This document shows, piece after piece, positions 19,862-28,300 of a stretch of 64,000 nucleotides of DNA. The notes beneath the pieces were generated by a model. That model searched no databases. It saw only the letters and a list, made by a program, of their open reading frames with translations, and was not told the DNA's origin. The stretch is from Thermodesulfobacteriota bacterium (GTDB lineage Bacteria; Desulfobacterota_D; UBA1144; Nemesobacterales; CSP1-2): assembly GCA_035559815.1 (NCBI GenBank), contig DATMAT010000052.1, positions 12,219 through 76,218 on the forward strand. Reading direction: 5' to 3'. Numbering within the stretch: position 1 is the first letter of the stretch; each line of letters opens with the position of its first letter. The position numbers and the translations under genes are program-made.

Positions 19862-22201
19862 GTGGGTATGGAGGGAGTAGAGAGTAAGATAACGGAAGTA
19901 AGTAGGAAAGGGAGAACAGAGAAAGAGCGCATATCTACAGTGCTGAGGACATATATCGCCCGACGGACGCTGTGGTTCAGCTTACTGCTGGCAACGGCAA
20001 TTCTGCTTGTGGCAGGTATCGCACCAGTTGGGCACGGACAGGCAGGCGGTCAAGTAGAAAGTTATGTGTTTGCCGAGGTTGAGAACCGGCAAATGCCTCT
20101 ATCTGGAGTCACGGTCTTCGTTGAGGATGTGTTTACCTCGACTCCGTCCAAGAAAGTCAAGACCGACCTCAATGGACGGTTCATAGTGCCTGAGCAACCA
20201 GCAGGGACCTACCAACTCTGCTGGGAGGCACCTGGTTTTGTAGAAGACTGCAGCCCAGACCTAATCGATATCGATAACAGTAGAGTGTTTTTATCGCCCA
20301 TTGAAATTAATCCTGAGGGCGGTGTAGTCTCGGGGCATGTCACCATGGCTGATGGGACCCCGTGCCATTACTTTGATCCTTTCTTTGAGATAGACGTTTC
20401 CGCGTCTGTAGCGCTCGTAGACGGCATGGGCATGGAGGTTGCTGGCCCTGTTCTTGCTAATGCGTCCGGTGATTATTTGCTGACCAGCGTTCCTTCAGGA
20501 ACCTTTAGGCTTAGAGCCACCTGCGAAGCCTCCATGACCGAAGAAACGCTTACGACGAGTGAGTCTGCGATTATTGTTAAGGATTTGACCTTCGAGAATC
20601 AGAAGCCTATTGTTTCAAATGTTGTTACGACTCTAAATGGTCAGACAGTCCAAGGGGTTCCGAGGAATACGACGGTCGAGGTCACCGTAAGTGCTACGGA
20701 CGCTGACGGCGACTCGCTTCATTACAAGTGGGCTACGCCAGTGCCCGGCTTGACTTCCGTAGATTCACCCACTATTCAGTGGACCCTGCCCAGGAGCCGC
20801 GGATTACACACGCTTTACGTTCTGGTTTCGGACGGCAGAGGAGGATACCAGATGGGCCGTGCGGAAGTCTCGACAGACGGAGGTGTCGTCTTCTCTAGTA
20901 CAGGGCAGTCCCGCACGGCATTGGCACTGAGTACCACATCTGCTTCGTCATCTCCGCCCTCCTCCGACAATTGTTGTACTGAGCAAAACCATTTCCTGAC
21001 CTTCAACGGCATAGACTTCAGGAGTAGCGCATGCGCATATTACGAAGCGATCGGGGCAATCACTAAAGGTGATAAAAAATGCGATCCGAATTCTATCTCA
21101 CAACCTAAGGGTATAACTTTTAATGAATGGAAAAGCAGGAGTGGCCTCGCCGTCAACCCTGATTTCAACCGAAACGGCAACCTGTTCGATGATGATAACT
21201 TCACAGGGGAGGCGAGTGCTCTTTATTTAAACGCGGTAGACCTAAATTTAGGCAGGTCTATGCACGGAAAAAGTGGTGGTGGCAAGGTAGCCTATTACGT
21301 CTGTAACTATCCAACGTTAAAAGATGCCAGGCGCAACAGAAACCGCATAGCCTGCGTTGCCATGGATCGTTCTGTGGTCCAGGGTGTTAATGGGGATAAC
21401 CCCTTCACTAGGTTTTACATATTTGGTCCCGGAGGAGATCTGCGTCTATCCGTCGACCTTGACGTTAGAGGCGAAAAGTTCATGCCGGGTGTTTGTACGG
21501 TCTGTCACGGGGCAAATGATGATCACGCACGTAAGAGATTTGCCAGTACAACAGAGGCCGGTAACCCAGACTTAGGCGGTCGCTTCCTGCCGTTCGATCT
21601 CGATAACTTCAGGTATTTGGTTAGTAGCCCGTCATTTAGCAGGGGAGCCCAGGAGGACAAATTCAGGCGGCTGAACCAAATGATTAAAGATACCAACATT
21701 GCACCGGTCGTCCGGCAACTTATAGACGGCGATATAAACGATCCCAACGACGGCTGGTATCCTGGCGGGACGGGCAAGCAACAAAGTGACTTTGTGCCAC
21801 CGGGGTGGGGGGACGATCCCAACACGCAATTAGACGAGAAGGAACTGTATCTGAACGTGGTAAAACCTTCGTGCCGAACCTGCCATGTCGTTATGCGCCC
21901 GCGGTTCAACTTTAACCGATTCGAAAACCTCGACATGAATGATCCCAACACTCCCCCGGACGACACAAGAGGAAGCTTTAAGGATCAGAATACTATTAAT
22001 GACAAAGTCAATGCGACCTTAATACGAGGTCATGTGTGTAGTGCTTATGACATGCCGAACTCCCTGGTTACGTTCGACCGGTTCTGGCTGAGTAGGGACA
22101 CGCAGCCCGAAATCCTCGCGCCGAAGGTTCTCGAGGAGTTCCTACAGGGTGCATTGAATAATTCGAATATTAAGTGTCCAGACCCTCGGACGGTGCCGTA
22201 G
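19862..22201 (+). CDS. Large secreted protein: carboxypeptidase-regulatory-like beta-sandwich domains, Ig-like domain, and C-terminal region with two CxxCH heme c motifs
   Basis: N-terminal TM/signal; LNGRFIVPEQPAGTYQLCWEAPGF; CTVCHG and CRTCH motifs at residues ~545 and ~673. Confidence 0.7.
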   Translation: MGMEGVESKITEVSRKGRTEKERISTVLRTYIARRTLWFSLLLATAILLVAGIAPVGHGQAGGQVESYVFAEVENRQMPLSGVTVFVEDVFTSTPSKKVKTDLNGRFIVPEQPAGTYQLCWEAPGFVEDCSPDLIDIDNSRVFLSPIEINPEGGVVSGHVTMADGTPCHYFDPFFEIDVSASVALVDGMGMEVAGPVLANASGDYLLTSVPSGTFRLRATCEASMTEETLTTSESAIIVKDLTFENQKPIVSNVVTTLNGQTVQGVPRNTTVEVTVSATDADGDSLHYKWATPVPGLTSVDSPTIQWTLPRSRGLHTLYVLVSDGRGGYQMGRAEVSTDGGVVFSSTGQSRTALALSTTSASSSPPSSDNCCTEQNHFLTFNGIDFRSSACAYYEAIGAITKGDKKCDPNSISQPKGITFNEWKSRSGLAVNPDFNRNGNLFDDDNFTGEASALYLNAVDLNLGRSMHGKSGGGKVAYYVCNYPTLKDARRNRNRIACVAMDRSVVQGVNGDNPFTRFYIFGPGGDLRLSVDLDVRGEKFMPGVCTVCHGANDDHARKRFASTTEAGNPDLGGRFLPFDLDNFRYLVSSPSFSRGAQEDKFRRLNQMIKDTNIAPVVRQLIDGDINDPNDGWYPGGTGKQQSDFVPPGWGDDPNTQLDEKELYLNVVKPSCRTCHVVMRPRFNFNRFENLDMNDPNTPPDDTRGSFKDQNTINDKVNATLIRGHVCSAYDMPNSLVTFDRFWLSRDTQPEILAPKVLEEFLQGALNNSNIKCPDPRTVP

Positions 22202-22311
22202 GATGAGCCCGCTATCCGTGTCCTCAAAAAAAGCGGTGCGGCTGAGCTTGGGCACCAGGTTGTAATTCATTAGTTTTTCAAATGTAGTATATGGAACAGG
22301 AGGATGAAGTT

Positions 22312-24411
22312 ATGGGAGCTTGCAAAAATGAAATTGTAAAGTTTTTCTTAGGTTTATTTTTGATTTTTTTTGGATTCGGCGGGCTCACCACAGGTTTTCT
22401 CTTGTCATCAAGTAGTTTTGCTGCCGTTTTTAATGTTATCACCGATGCCGATCTACACGATGCCCTTCTTAAAGCACGGAATAACGGTGAAGCAGATACC
22501 ATAGTTATAAGGGCAGGAGATAGGTTGAACAAGACCCCTTTTAGATACACCGCAGCATCAGGAGAAAATTTCGCTCTCACAATAATGGGAGAAGGTGTAG
22601 GACAAACCCTTGATGGAGAGAGAGCTAGAAAGGTGTTATTGATCGATACCTTTAGTAATCTTGAAGACGATTCTAATGCCCACATAACCATAAAAAATCT
22701 GAGTATAACGAATGGCAGGAGTACTGATGGATTTGGTGGCGGTCTTTTTGTCTGCACCGGTTCTGCAAATGTTACTATTGAGAACTCTACTTTCTTTAAT
22801 AACTCTGCTACTTTTCCAGGAAGCGCCTTTGGAGGGGGAGCCGAGATTGATACTCTTTCAGGGGATGTAACACTAACAAAAAACAGATTTTCAAGTAACT
22901 CTGTGATGTCTTCTTCAGAAAGCGCTTTTGGAGGTGGGATCGATATTCTCACTGAGTCAGGAGATGTAATATTAAAAGATAACACATTTACCGACAACTT
23001 TTCTGCTTCGTCTAACTCTTCCTTTGAATTCTTTACTTCCGGAGGCGGGGCTAATGTTTTTACTAGTCATGGAACTATAACACTAACAAATAACATATTT
23101 ACAAGGAACCGTGCTACTTCTTCTTTAGGAAGCACTTCTGGAGGCGGAGCTTCTGTTAGGACTGATGAAGGAACTATAACACTAACAGTTAACATATTTA
23201 CTAACAACTCTATTAATTCCTCTAAAGGATTCACTCAAGACGCTCAAGGAGGTGGAACCGATGTTTTCACAAATTCGGGGAATGTAACACTAACGAGTAA
23301 TATATTTGTCAGTAACTCCGTTCGTTCTTCTGATTCTTCTACTCCAGACGTTTTTGGAGGTGGGGCTGTGATTGGTGCTGGTTCAGGAACTATAAAACTA
23401 GCAGGAAACACATTTGGCATTAATACTGTTGATTCTTCTAATTCTTCTTCAGTAAACGCCTTTGCAGGCGGGGCTGAGGTTTTCACCGATTCGGGAGGTA
23501 TAACACTAACAAATAATATATTTCACAATAACTCTGCTACCTCTTCATTTATTGCTTTTGGAGGTGGAGCCGATGTCTCCACTGGTTCAGGAACTATAAC
23601 ATTAACAAATAACACTTTGACATTGAATTCTGCTACAGATGGAGGAGGTTTGAATGCAGGTGCCTTTAAGGATACCTCCACTATCAATATCTTTAACAAC
23701 ATCATCAGGGGTAACATAGCCAGAAATGACATCTTTCTAGATGAGGATGGAGACGGGAATGGTACTGCCTCGCCTGTAAATCTCTTTAATAATGATTTCT
23801 TTGCTTGCTTTAGCAGCTTTGCTGATGCAACACCATGCACAAACTTTCCACACATAAATAACGGGAATAATATAATGGCAGACCCTCTATTTGTAGATGC
23901 TGCAAATGGAGACATCCACCTTAAGTCAGGCTCCCTTGCCATAAACAGAGGAGACCCCCTTGCACCAGCTCTTCCTGACACAGACATTGATGGAAACCCC
24001 AGGATTATTGGACCTGCCCCAGACATGGGAGCCGATGAGTTTGTTCTTCCAGAGCTAGTGATTGTTAACAACCTTGTTACATTTGAACCTATCAAATCAA
24101 CATTCAAAACCACTTCTGATACCACTGATTGTCCACCTGGGTTCGTCGGGAAGTTTATGTTTGATGCAATGCTTACAAACACAAGCAGTGAACGACTCTC
24201 TGACCTTATGCTTGTCGAGGTCAAAATATTAACAAATGATAACCTACTACTGAATGCCGATGGAGGGCCTGGGGGAGTGGGAACAACATTAACAATTTTT
24301 TCAAGTGGAGTGTTTAGCCCTGGGGAATCTGTAAGAGTTCCATTCATTATATGCTTAAAAAACAAAAAGAGATTCGGTTTTTTTGTAGATGTATTGGGGA
24401 TAGTGCAGTAA
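22312..24411 (+). CDS. Secreted right-handed beta-helix protein with Chlamydial Pmp-like (GGA[ILV]/FxxN) repeats and the same conserved C-terminal module as the 16485 protein (track start 22291; ATG 22312 follows RBS AGGAGGA)
   Basis: Repeated FGGGA...NNIFT(R/S)N units about every 22 aa; DPLFVDAANGDIHLKSGSLAINRGD...DIDGNPR beta-helix terminal motif; C-term ...FFVDVLGIVQ. Confidence 0.8.
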   Translation: MGACKNEIVKFFLGLFLIFFGFGGLTTGFLLSSSSFAAVFNVITDADLHDALLKARNNGEADTIVIRAGDRLNKTPFRYTAASGENFALTIMGEGVGQTLDGERARKVLLIDTFSNLEDDSNAHITIKNLSITNGRSTDGFGGGLFVCTGSANVTIENSTFFNNSATFPGSAFGGGAEIDTLSGDVTLTKNRFSSNSVMSSSESAFGGGIDILTESGDVILKDNTFTDNFSASSNSSFEFFTSGGGANVFTSHGTITLTNNIFTRNRATSSLGSTSGGGASVRTDEGTITLTVNIFTNNSINSSKGFTQDAQGGGTDVFTNSGNVTLTSNIFVSNSVRSSDSSTPDVFGGGAVIGAGSGTIKLAGNTFGINTVDSSNSSSVNAFAGGAEVFTDSGGITLTNNIFHNNSATSSFIAFGGGADVSTGSGTITLTNNTLTLNSATDGGGLNAGAFKDTSTINIFNNIIRGNIARNDIFLDEDGDGNGTASPVNLFNNDFFACFSSFADATPCTNFPHINNGNNIMADPLFVDAANGDIHLKSGSLAINRGDPLAPALPDTDIDGNPRIIGPAPDMGADEFVLPELVIVNNLVTFEPIKSTFKTTSDTTDCPPGFVGKFMFDAMLTNTSSERLSDLMLVEVKILTNDNLLLNADGGPGGVGTTLTIFSSGVFSPGESVRVPFIICLKNKKRFGFFVDVLGIVQ

Positions 24412-24476
24412 ATGCAGGATACAAGATACAGGATGCAAGATAGTGCATTCATCATGTATCATGTATCAGGAATCAT
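24412..24476. repeat. Degenerate tandem heptanucleotide array (ATGCAGG ATACAAG ATACAGG ATGCAAG ... ATGTATC ATGTATC), about 9 units
   Basis: Read directly; a second array with the same words at 25715-25778. Confidence 0.7.
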
Positions 24477-24494
24477 TTGATTAAGGAGGTAAAA

Positions 24495-24698
24495 ATGTCA
24501 GAGAAAGTAGACGAAGAAAAGGAGCAGGAGGAGAAGTTAGATATTTCTCAAAACAAGAAGCCATTTGCAGAGCCGAAATTAACGTTCATCGAGCCGAAGC
24601 TTACAAAGCATGGGAATGTTACTAAGACCACTACTGGACCTGGTTTCTTTGGCGGGTTTACTCCCCCTCCGGAAGATCAAGAACCTCCTGTAGGATGA
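24495..24698 (+). CDS. Small Cys-free peptide (67 aa), candidate RiPP precursor: acidic/Lys-rich N-terminal part with FAEPKLT/FIEPKLT repeat, Gly/Phe/Pro/Thr-rich C-terminal part
   Basis: MSEKVDEEKEQEEKLDISQNKKPFAEPKLTFIEPKLTKHGNVTKTTTGPGFFGGFTPPPEDQEPPVG; perfect RBS AAGGAGG 5 nt upstream of ATG 24495 (track ORF begins at TTG 24477); immediately upstream of kinase-like and rSAM genes. Confidence 0.6.
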   Translation: MSEKVDEEKEQEEKLDISQNKKPFAEPKLTFIEPKLTKHGNVTKTTTGPGFFGGFTPPPEDQEPPVG

Positions 24699-24711
24699 AA
24701 AATTAACATAA

Positions 24712-25686
24712 ATGTCAATCATAGAGTTTTATTCCATCGTTGATTTAAATGTTCAGATCGAATATGAGAATCAGCAGCTTGCTGAGGAGATAACCAGGGC
24801 ATTTCATGATTACTTCTTCACGACAAAAAACGCTTCAGTTCTCGACTCCTACAATCTAACCTTGAGGTTTAAAAACAATGATTTTTATATTAAAGCACCC
24901 GAAGCGGCTCAGGAAATTTATGCCTCCTCTTGCCTACGTGTTTTTAAGGACGAGAATTTCTATTACTTAATAAGTGGGGATTCTCTATTCCAACTCGATC
25001 TTGGAACTAGCCTAGGAATCGGGTTACTAGATTCTGCTTTCTGGGAAAGACACCCAAGATCCAAACAGGACTTTCTTATGCTTTCCCTGCTCTGGCTCCT
25101 TCGCCAACACGGCGTATATGCGCTACATGCAAACGGTGTAGTGAAGAACGATGTCGGGATTCTTATCGTCGGAGACACTGGAAAGGGTAAGTCAACGACA
25201 GCGCTCAGCCTAATAAGGCAGGGCTGGGGGTATCTATCGGATGATGTCACCCTCATCAGACACACATTAGATGGTATCGAAGCTATAGCATTTTTAAAAG
25301 GGTTTTCATTTGATTCGAGTCTGGTCAATTGCTATCCGGAACTTAATAAACCTTCATCTTTTAATGAACAGAAGAGATTTTTGGATATTAAGCAGATATA
25401 CCCCGGAAGATTTCGACATAGTTGTTTTCCAAAAGCACTGATATTTCCAGAGATAGTATCTAATGACAAGAGTGAATTAATTCCGATTGATAGGACGAAG
25501 GCTCTGGTCCTTTTAGCTGAAAACAGCGGAGGGATAATGGTAGATAAGGAGATAGTAATTAAACAAATGGAGGTTCTTAAAAGACTTGCATATCAGACTT
25601 CGAGTTATAAACTCCTCGCAGGGCGTGATTTGTATGAGGAGTCGGAGAGGATTTCTGAAATTCTTTTAGATTTAGCCACAAATTGA
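24712..25686 (+). CDS. HPr kinase/phosphorylase C-terminal-domain-like P-loop protein (HprK-related kinase)
   Basis: 324 aa; ILIVGDTGKGKSTTALSLIRQGWGYLSDDVTLI matches the HprK Walker A / catalytic region (GDSGxGKSExALELIxRGHRLVADD). Confidence 0.7.
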   Translation: MSIIEFYSIVDLNVQIEYENQQLAEEITRAFHDYFFTTKNASVLDSYNLTLRFKNNDFYIKAPEAAQEIYASSCLRVFKDENFYYLISGDSLFQLDLGTSLGIGLLDSAFWERHPRSKQDFLMLSLLWLLRQHGVYALHANGVVKNDVGILIVGDTGKGKSTTALSLIRQGWGYLSDDVTLIRHTLDGIEAIAFLKGFSFDSSLVNCYPELNKPSSFNEQKRFLDIKQIYPGRFRHSCFPKALIFPEIVSNDKSELIPIDRTKALVLLAENSGGIMVDKEIVIKQMEVLKRLAYQTSSYKLLAGRDLYEESERISEILLDLATN

Positions 25687-25714
25687 CACAAATGAGCACG
25701 AATGGAAATAAATA

Positions 25715-25778
25715 GGATGCAAGATACAAGATGCATGATGCAGGATAAAAAGATCCATCATGTATCATGAATCGTGAG
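25715..25778. repeat. Second degenerate heptanucleotide array (ATGCAAG ATACAAG ATGCATG ATGCAGG ... ATGTATC ATGAATC)
   Basis: Shares words GGATGCAAGATA and CATCATGTATCATG with 24412-24476. Confidence 0.7.
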
Positions 25779-25833
25779 TTGTGCATAATTTATACTGTAA
25801 ATCCGTGTTTATTCGTGGCTACCTAGTAATAAA

Positions 25834-26871
25834 ATGGCAAGGATAGTAATAGAGCTTACAAATCGTTGTAACTTAAGCTGCACGCACTGCTTTGATGGAA
25901 GGCACAGCGCCGACGGTGACCTGAAGATAGAGATTATTGAAAAGATCCTCCTGAATGCTAAGGCTTACGGCTTTGATCATCTCTCATTCACCGGCGGAGA
26001 CCCGACAGTACATCCCAGATTTATAGAAATTCTTAAGATGGTATATGAAGCCGGATACAAATTCAGCTTTGTCACTAACGGTCAGAACTTCACGAAGATT
26101 TATAAAAATATACTCCCCTATCGTAATAAACTTGCAGGGATTACGTTTAGTCTTGATGGCGCCAAAGAAGATACACATGATAGGCTTCGTGGAAGAGGTT
26201 CATATCGCCGTGTAATGAAAGCTATAAGTATTTGTGTGGTGAAGAATATTCCATTCACCTTTAACATGGTAATTACATCCCACAACCGTGGTGAGGTAGA
26301 AGAGATGGCAGAGCTTGCTACAAAGCTAGGAAGCAGGGGTCTGAGGTTCAGCCATCTTCTGCCTACTCCTTTAACCACAGTTCAAAATCTCGGTCTCTCT
26401 CCCGAGGAGCAAAGGGAGGTAGAATCTACAATTTGGCAACTCCAGAAAAACTCTCCCATGCCAATTGTTATGGCGCCTGGGTACTATACTACTGATCTCT
26501 TTCCTTGTGCGCCCCTGCAGATGCAGGAATTTAACATAGACTGGCGGGGTAATGTCACAAAATGCTGTCATCTGTCCAGCCATGGTGGTGACGTGGGAAA
26601 TGAAGATATTATAGGCAGTTTAGCCGAAATGAGTTTCTCTGAGGCTTATGAACGTTTAGTTGAGGCTAACAGGAAGTTCCACAAGGAGAAGCTAGAGCGT
26701 CACGGTGGTGGTGATTTTAAGGACTTAGATTATTTCCCATGCTGGTACTGCGAGAATTATTTCAAGAAAGTAGATTGGCTTCGGAAGTTTCCTAAAAGCC
26801 CCTGGTCTGGAGAGGTTTGGAATAATTTAAAGCAAACTTTGCCGCGAATGGACACAGATAAACACGAATAA
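25834..26871 (+). CDS. Radical SAM enzyme with C-terminal SPASM/twitch-type auxiliary cluster domain; no N-terminal RRE/leader-binding extension
   Basis: CNLSCTHC (CxxxCxxC) at residues 11-18; C-terminal Cys set C..C.P....CC...C...C..C (CAPLQ...KCCHLSS...YFPCWYCENY); 345 aa. Confidence 0.85.
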   Translation: MARIVIELTNRCNLSCTHCFDGRHSADGDLKIEIIEKILLNAKAYGFDHLSFTGGDPTVHPRFIEILKMVYEAGYKFSFVTNGQNFTKIYKNILPYRNKLAGITFSLDGAKEDTHDRLRGRGSYRRVMKAISICVVKNIPFTFNMVITSHNRGEVEEMAELATKLGSRGLRFSHLLPTPLTTVQNLGLSPEEQREVESTIWQLQKNSPMPIVMAPGYYTTDLFPCAPLQMQEFNIDWRGNVTKCCHLSSHGGDVGNEDIIGSLAEMSFSEAYERLVEANRKFHKEKLERHGGGDFKDLDYFPCWYCENYFKKVDWLRKFPKSPWSGEVWNNLKQTLPRMDTDKHE

Positions 26872-26897
26872 GATTTGTGTAAATTCGTGTTGACTTG

Positions 26898-27617
26898 TCA
26901 TGCAAGAAAATTCACTATTCCATTATCCAATCCATAAGTTGCTCCTACAACCTTCAGCTTGCCCTCTTTTATGCGCTTAGCTAAAATAGGTTCGGAGTTT
27001 TTCAGTTGCCCCACCACCATCTCCACATTCGCTTTGATTGAATTATTCAAAATATCCCCGGGTAAATGTTTAACGCTTTCGACCGCCGGCTTTATTCTAT
27101 CGGCAATGGCCTCGATTTGCCCGGGCAGTTGGCCCCCTTTTTCTACGATTTCAACTGTCGCTTTTACCGCCCCGCATCTTTGATGACCTAGCACCACGAT
27201 AAGCGGGACGCCCAATTCTGCAACAGCGTACTCTATGCTGCCCTGAACCGCGCTGTCCACGATATTACCGGCCACGCGCACCACAAATAGGTCACCCAAC
27301 CCCTGGTCAAAAATAACCTCGGGCGGCACGCGCGAGTCCGAGCACCCCAGAACCACGGCGATGGGTTTCTGCCCTGAAGCTACTTCAATCCGCCGCTCTT
27401 CCGTCTGATGGGGATGGCCAGGTCTTCCAGACGCGTAAAGTTTATTCCCCTCGATCAATCTTTGGAGAGCTTCATCGCCGTTGATAGTAGGATTATTTTG
27501 GCTGGCTTTAGCAACAAACGCTAGAGTATGCATCAAATCAATGTATGCTACTCCTATAGCAGTTAGTCCAGATAACTTTAACAACTCTAGGCGTGTGAAT
27601 TTTGAATTAAATGGCAT
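26898..27617 (-). CDS. Beta-class carbonic anhydrase with N-terminal signal/Tat-like peptide (likely start at ATG 27617, RBS GGAGGT; track ORF to 27662)
   Basis: CSDSRV, HQRCGA zinc-ligand motifs (Cys-x-Asp-x-Arg ... His-x-x-Cys). Confidence 0.85.
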   Translation of the reverse strand: MPFNSKFTRLELLKLSGLTAIGVAYIDLMHTLAFVAKASQNNPTINGDEALQRLIEGNKLYASGRPGHPHQTEERRIEVASGQKPIAVVLGCSDSRVPPEVIFDQGLGDLFVVRVAGNIVDSAVQGSIEYAVAELGVPLIVVLGHQRCGAVKATVEIVEKGGQLPGQIEAIADRIKPAVESVKHLPGDILNNSIKANVEMVVGQLKNSEPILAKRIKEGKLKVVGATYGLDNGIVNFLA

Positions 27618-27724
27618 ATCGTTACCTCCACTGTTAATTACGATTAAACACAGTTTAGCCATTTTATCATAAACTTAATCCTTTTGTTCCAGAAGATTTC
27701 TTTTATTCCTCAACTGTGAGCATT

Positions 27725-27860
27725 GCGGTTCCTTGACTTCTTTCCATGTCATTGCGAGCGACAGCGAAGCAATCTTGCCTTTTCAAGGGATTGCTTCGTC
27801 GTTTCACTCCTCGCAATGACACCCAAAAGCACTCCTACTCTCAACTCCCACTACTCGCAA
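27725..27860. repeat. Long imperfect palindrome GTCATTGCGAGCGACAGCGAAGCAATC ... GATTGCTTCGTCGTTTCACTCCTCGCAATGAC plus extra CTCGCAATG copy
   Basis: Reverse-complement pairing checked by eye; GTCATTGCGAG word also at 3805-3815. Confidence 0.7.
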
Positions 27861-28300
27861 TGTCCTGCCCTCCTCGTAATTGCCGCCGTCTTTTGGTGGC
27901 GTGGCAACCTCTTATTTTGGTCACGTTTGCTATATAGAGCACGGAAGAATTCATCTCTCCTAACTTTAATAACCACTGAAGGCGTTTGATTTAAGGTGTA
28001 TCCTCTACTAACAAATTTTGGTACTTAGTTTTTATCTCCTAACCAGTTTTGGGATGAGCCATATTCAAGTTATCATCTGTCCCAAGAAAACTCAAATGAT
28101 TTAGATAGGTTAGCATGATAAATTATCACGGCATAATTCTTGCAAAATGTTGGCACATGTTGTTCAGTTTAAGATCGACAATTATGGCAGAAACGGGCAG
28201 CTCTAGTGAATTTAACGGATACAAATACGGGCTAAAGAGGGGAGCCGCCATATACGGTATAACGGACGTTTGAAAATAGGGAACGCACGAAAATCACTCA

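Noticed and set aside
22278-24455. Long minus-strand ORFs (239 aa, 80 aa, 310 aa) antisense to the beta-helix protein gene
   Set aside because: Products of the periodic coding repeats on the opposite strand; low-complexity S/P/F-rich translations; the plus-strand gene has clear domain structure and RBS.
24412-25778. Possible CRISPR array (short repeats near small genes)
   Set aside because: Repeat unit is only 7 bp, degenerate and contiguous with no spacers; not CRISPR.
28100-28300. Possible sigma-54 promoter at TTGGCACATGTTGTTCAG upstream of the OMP gene
   Set aside because: The -12 element would be TC, not GC, at the required spacing; does not fit the GG-N10-GC rule.
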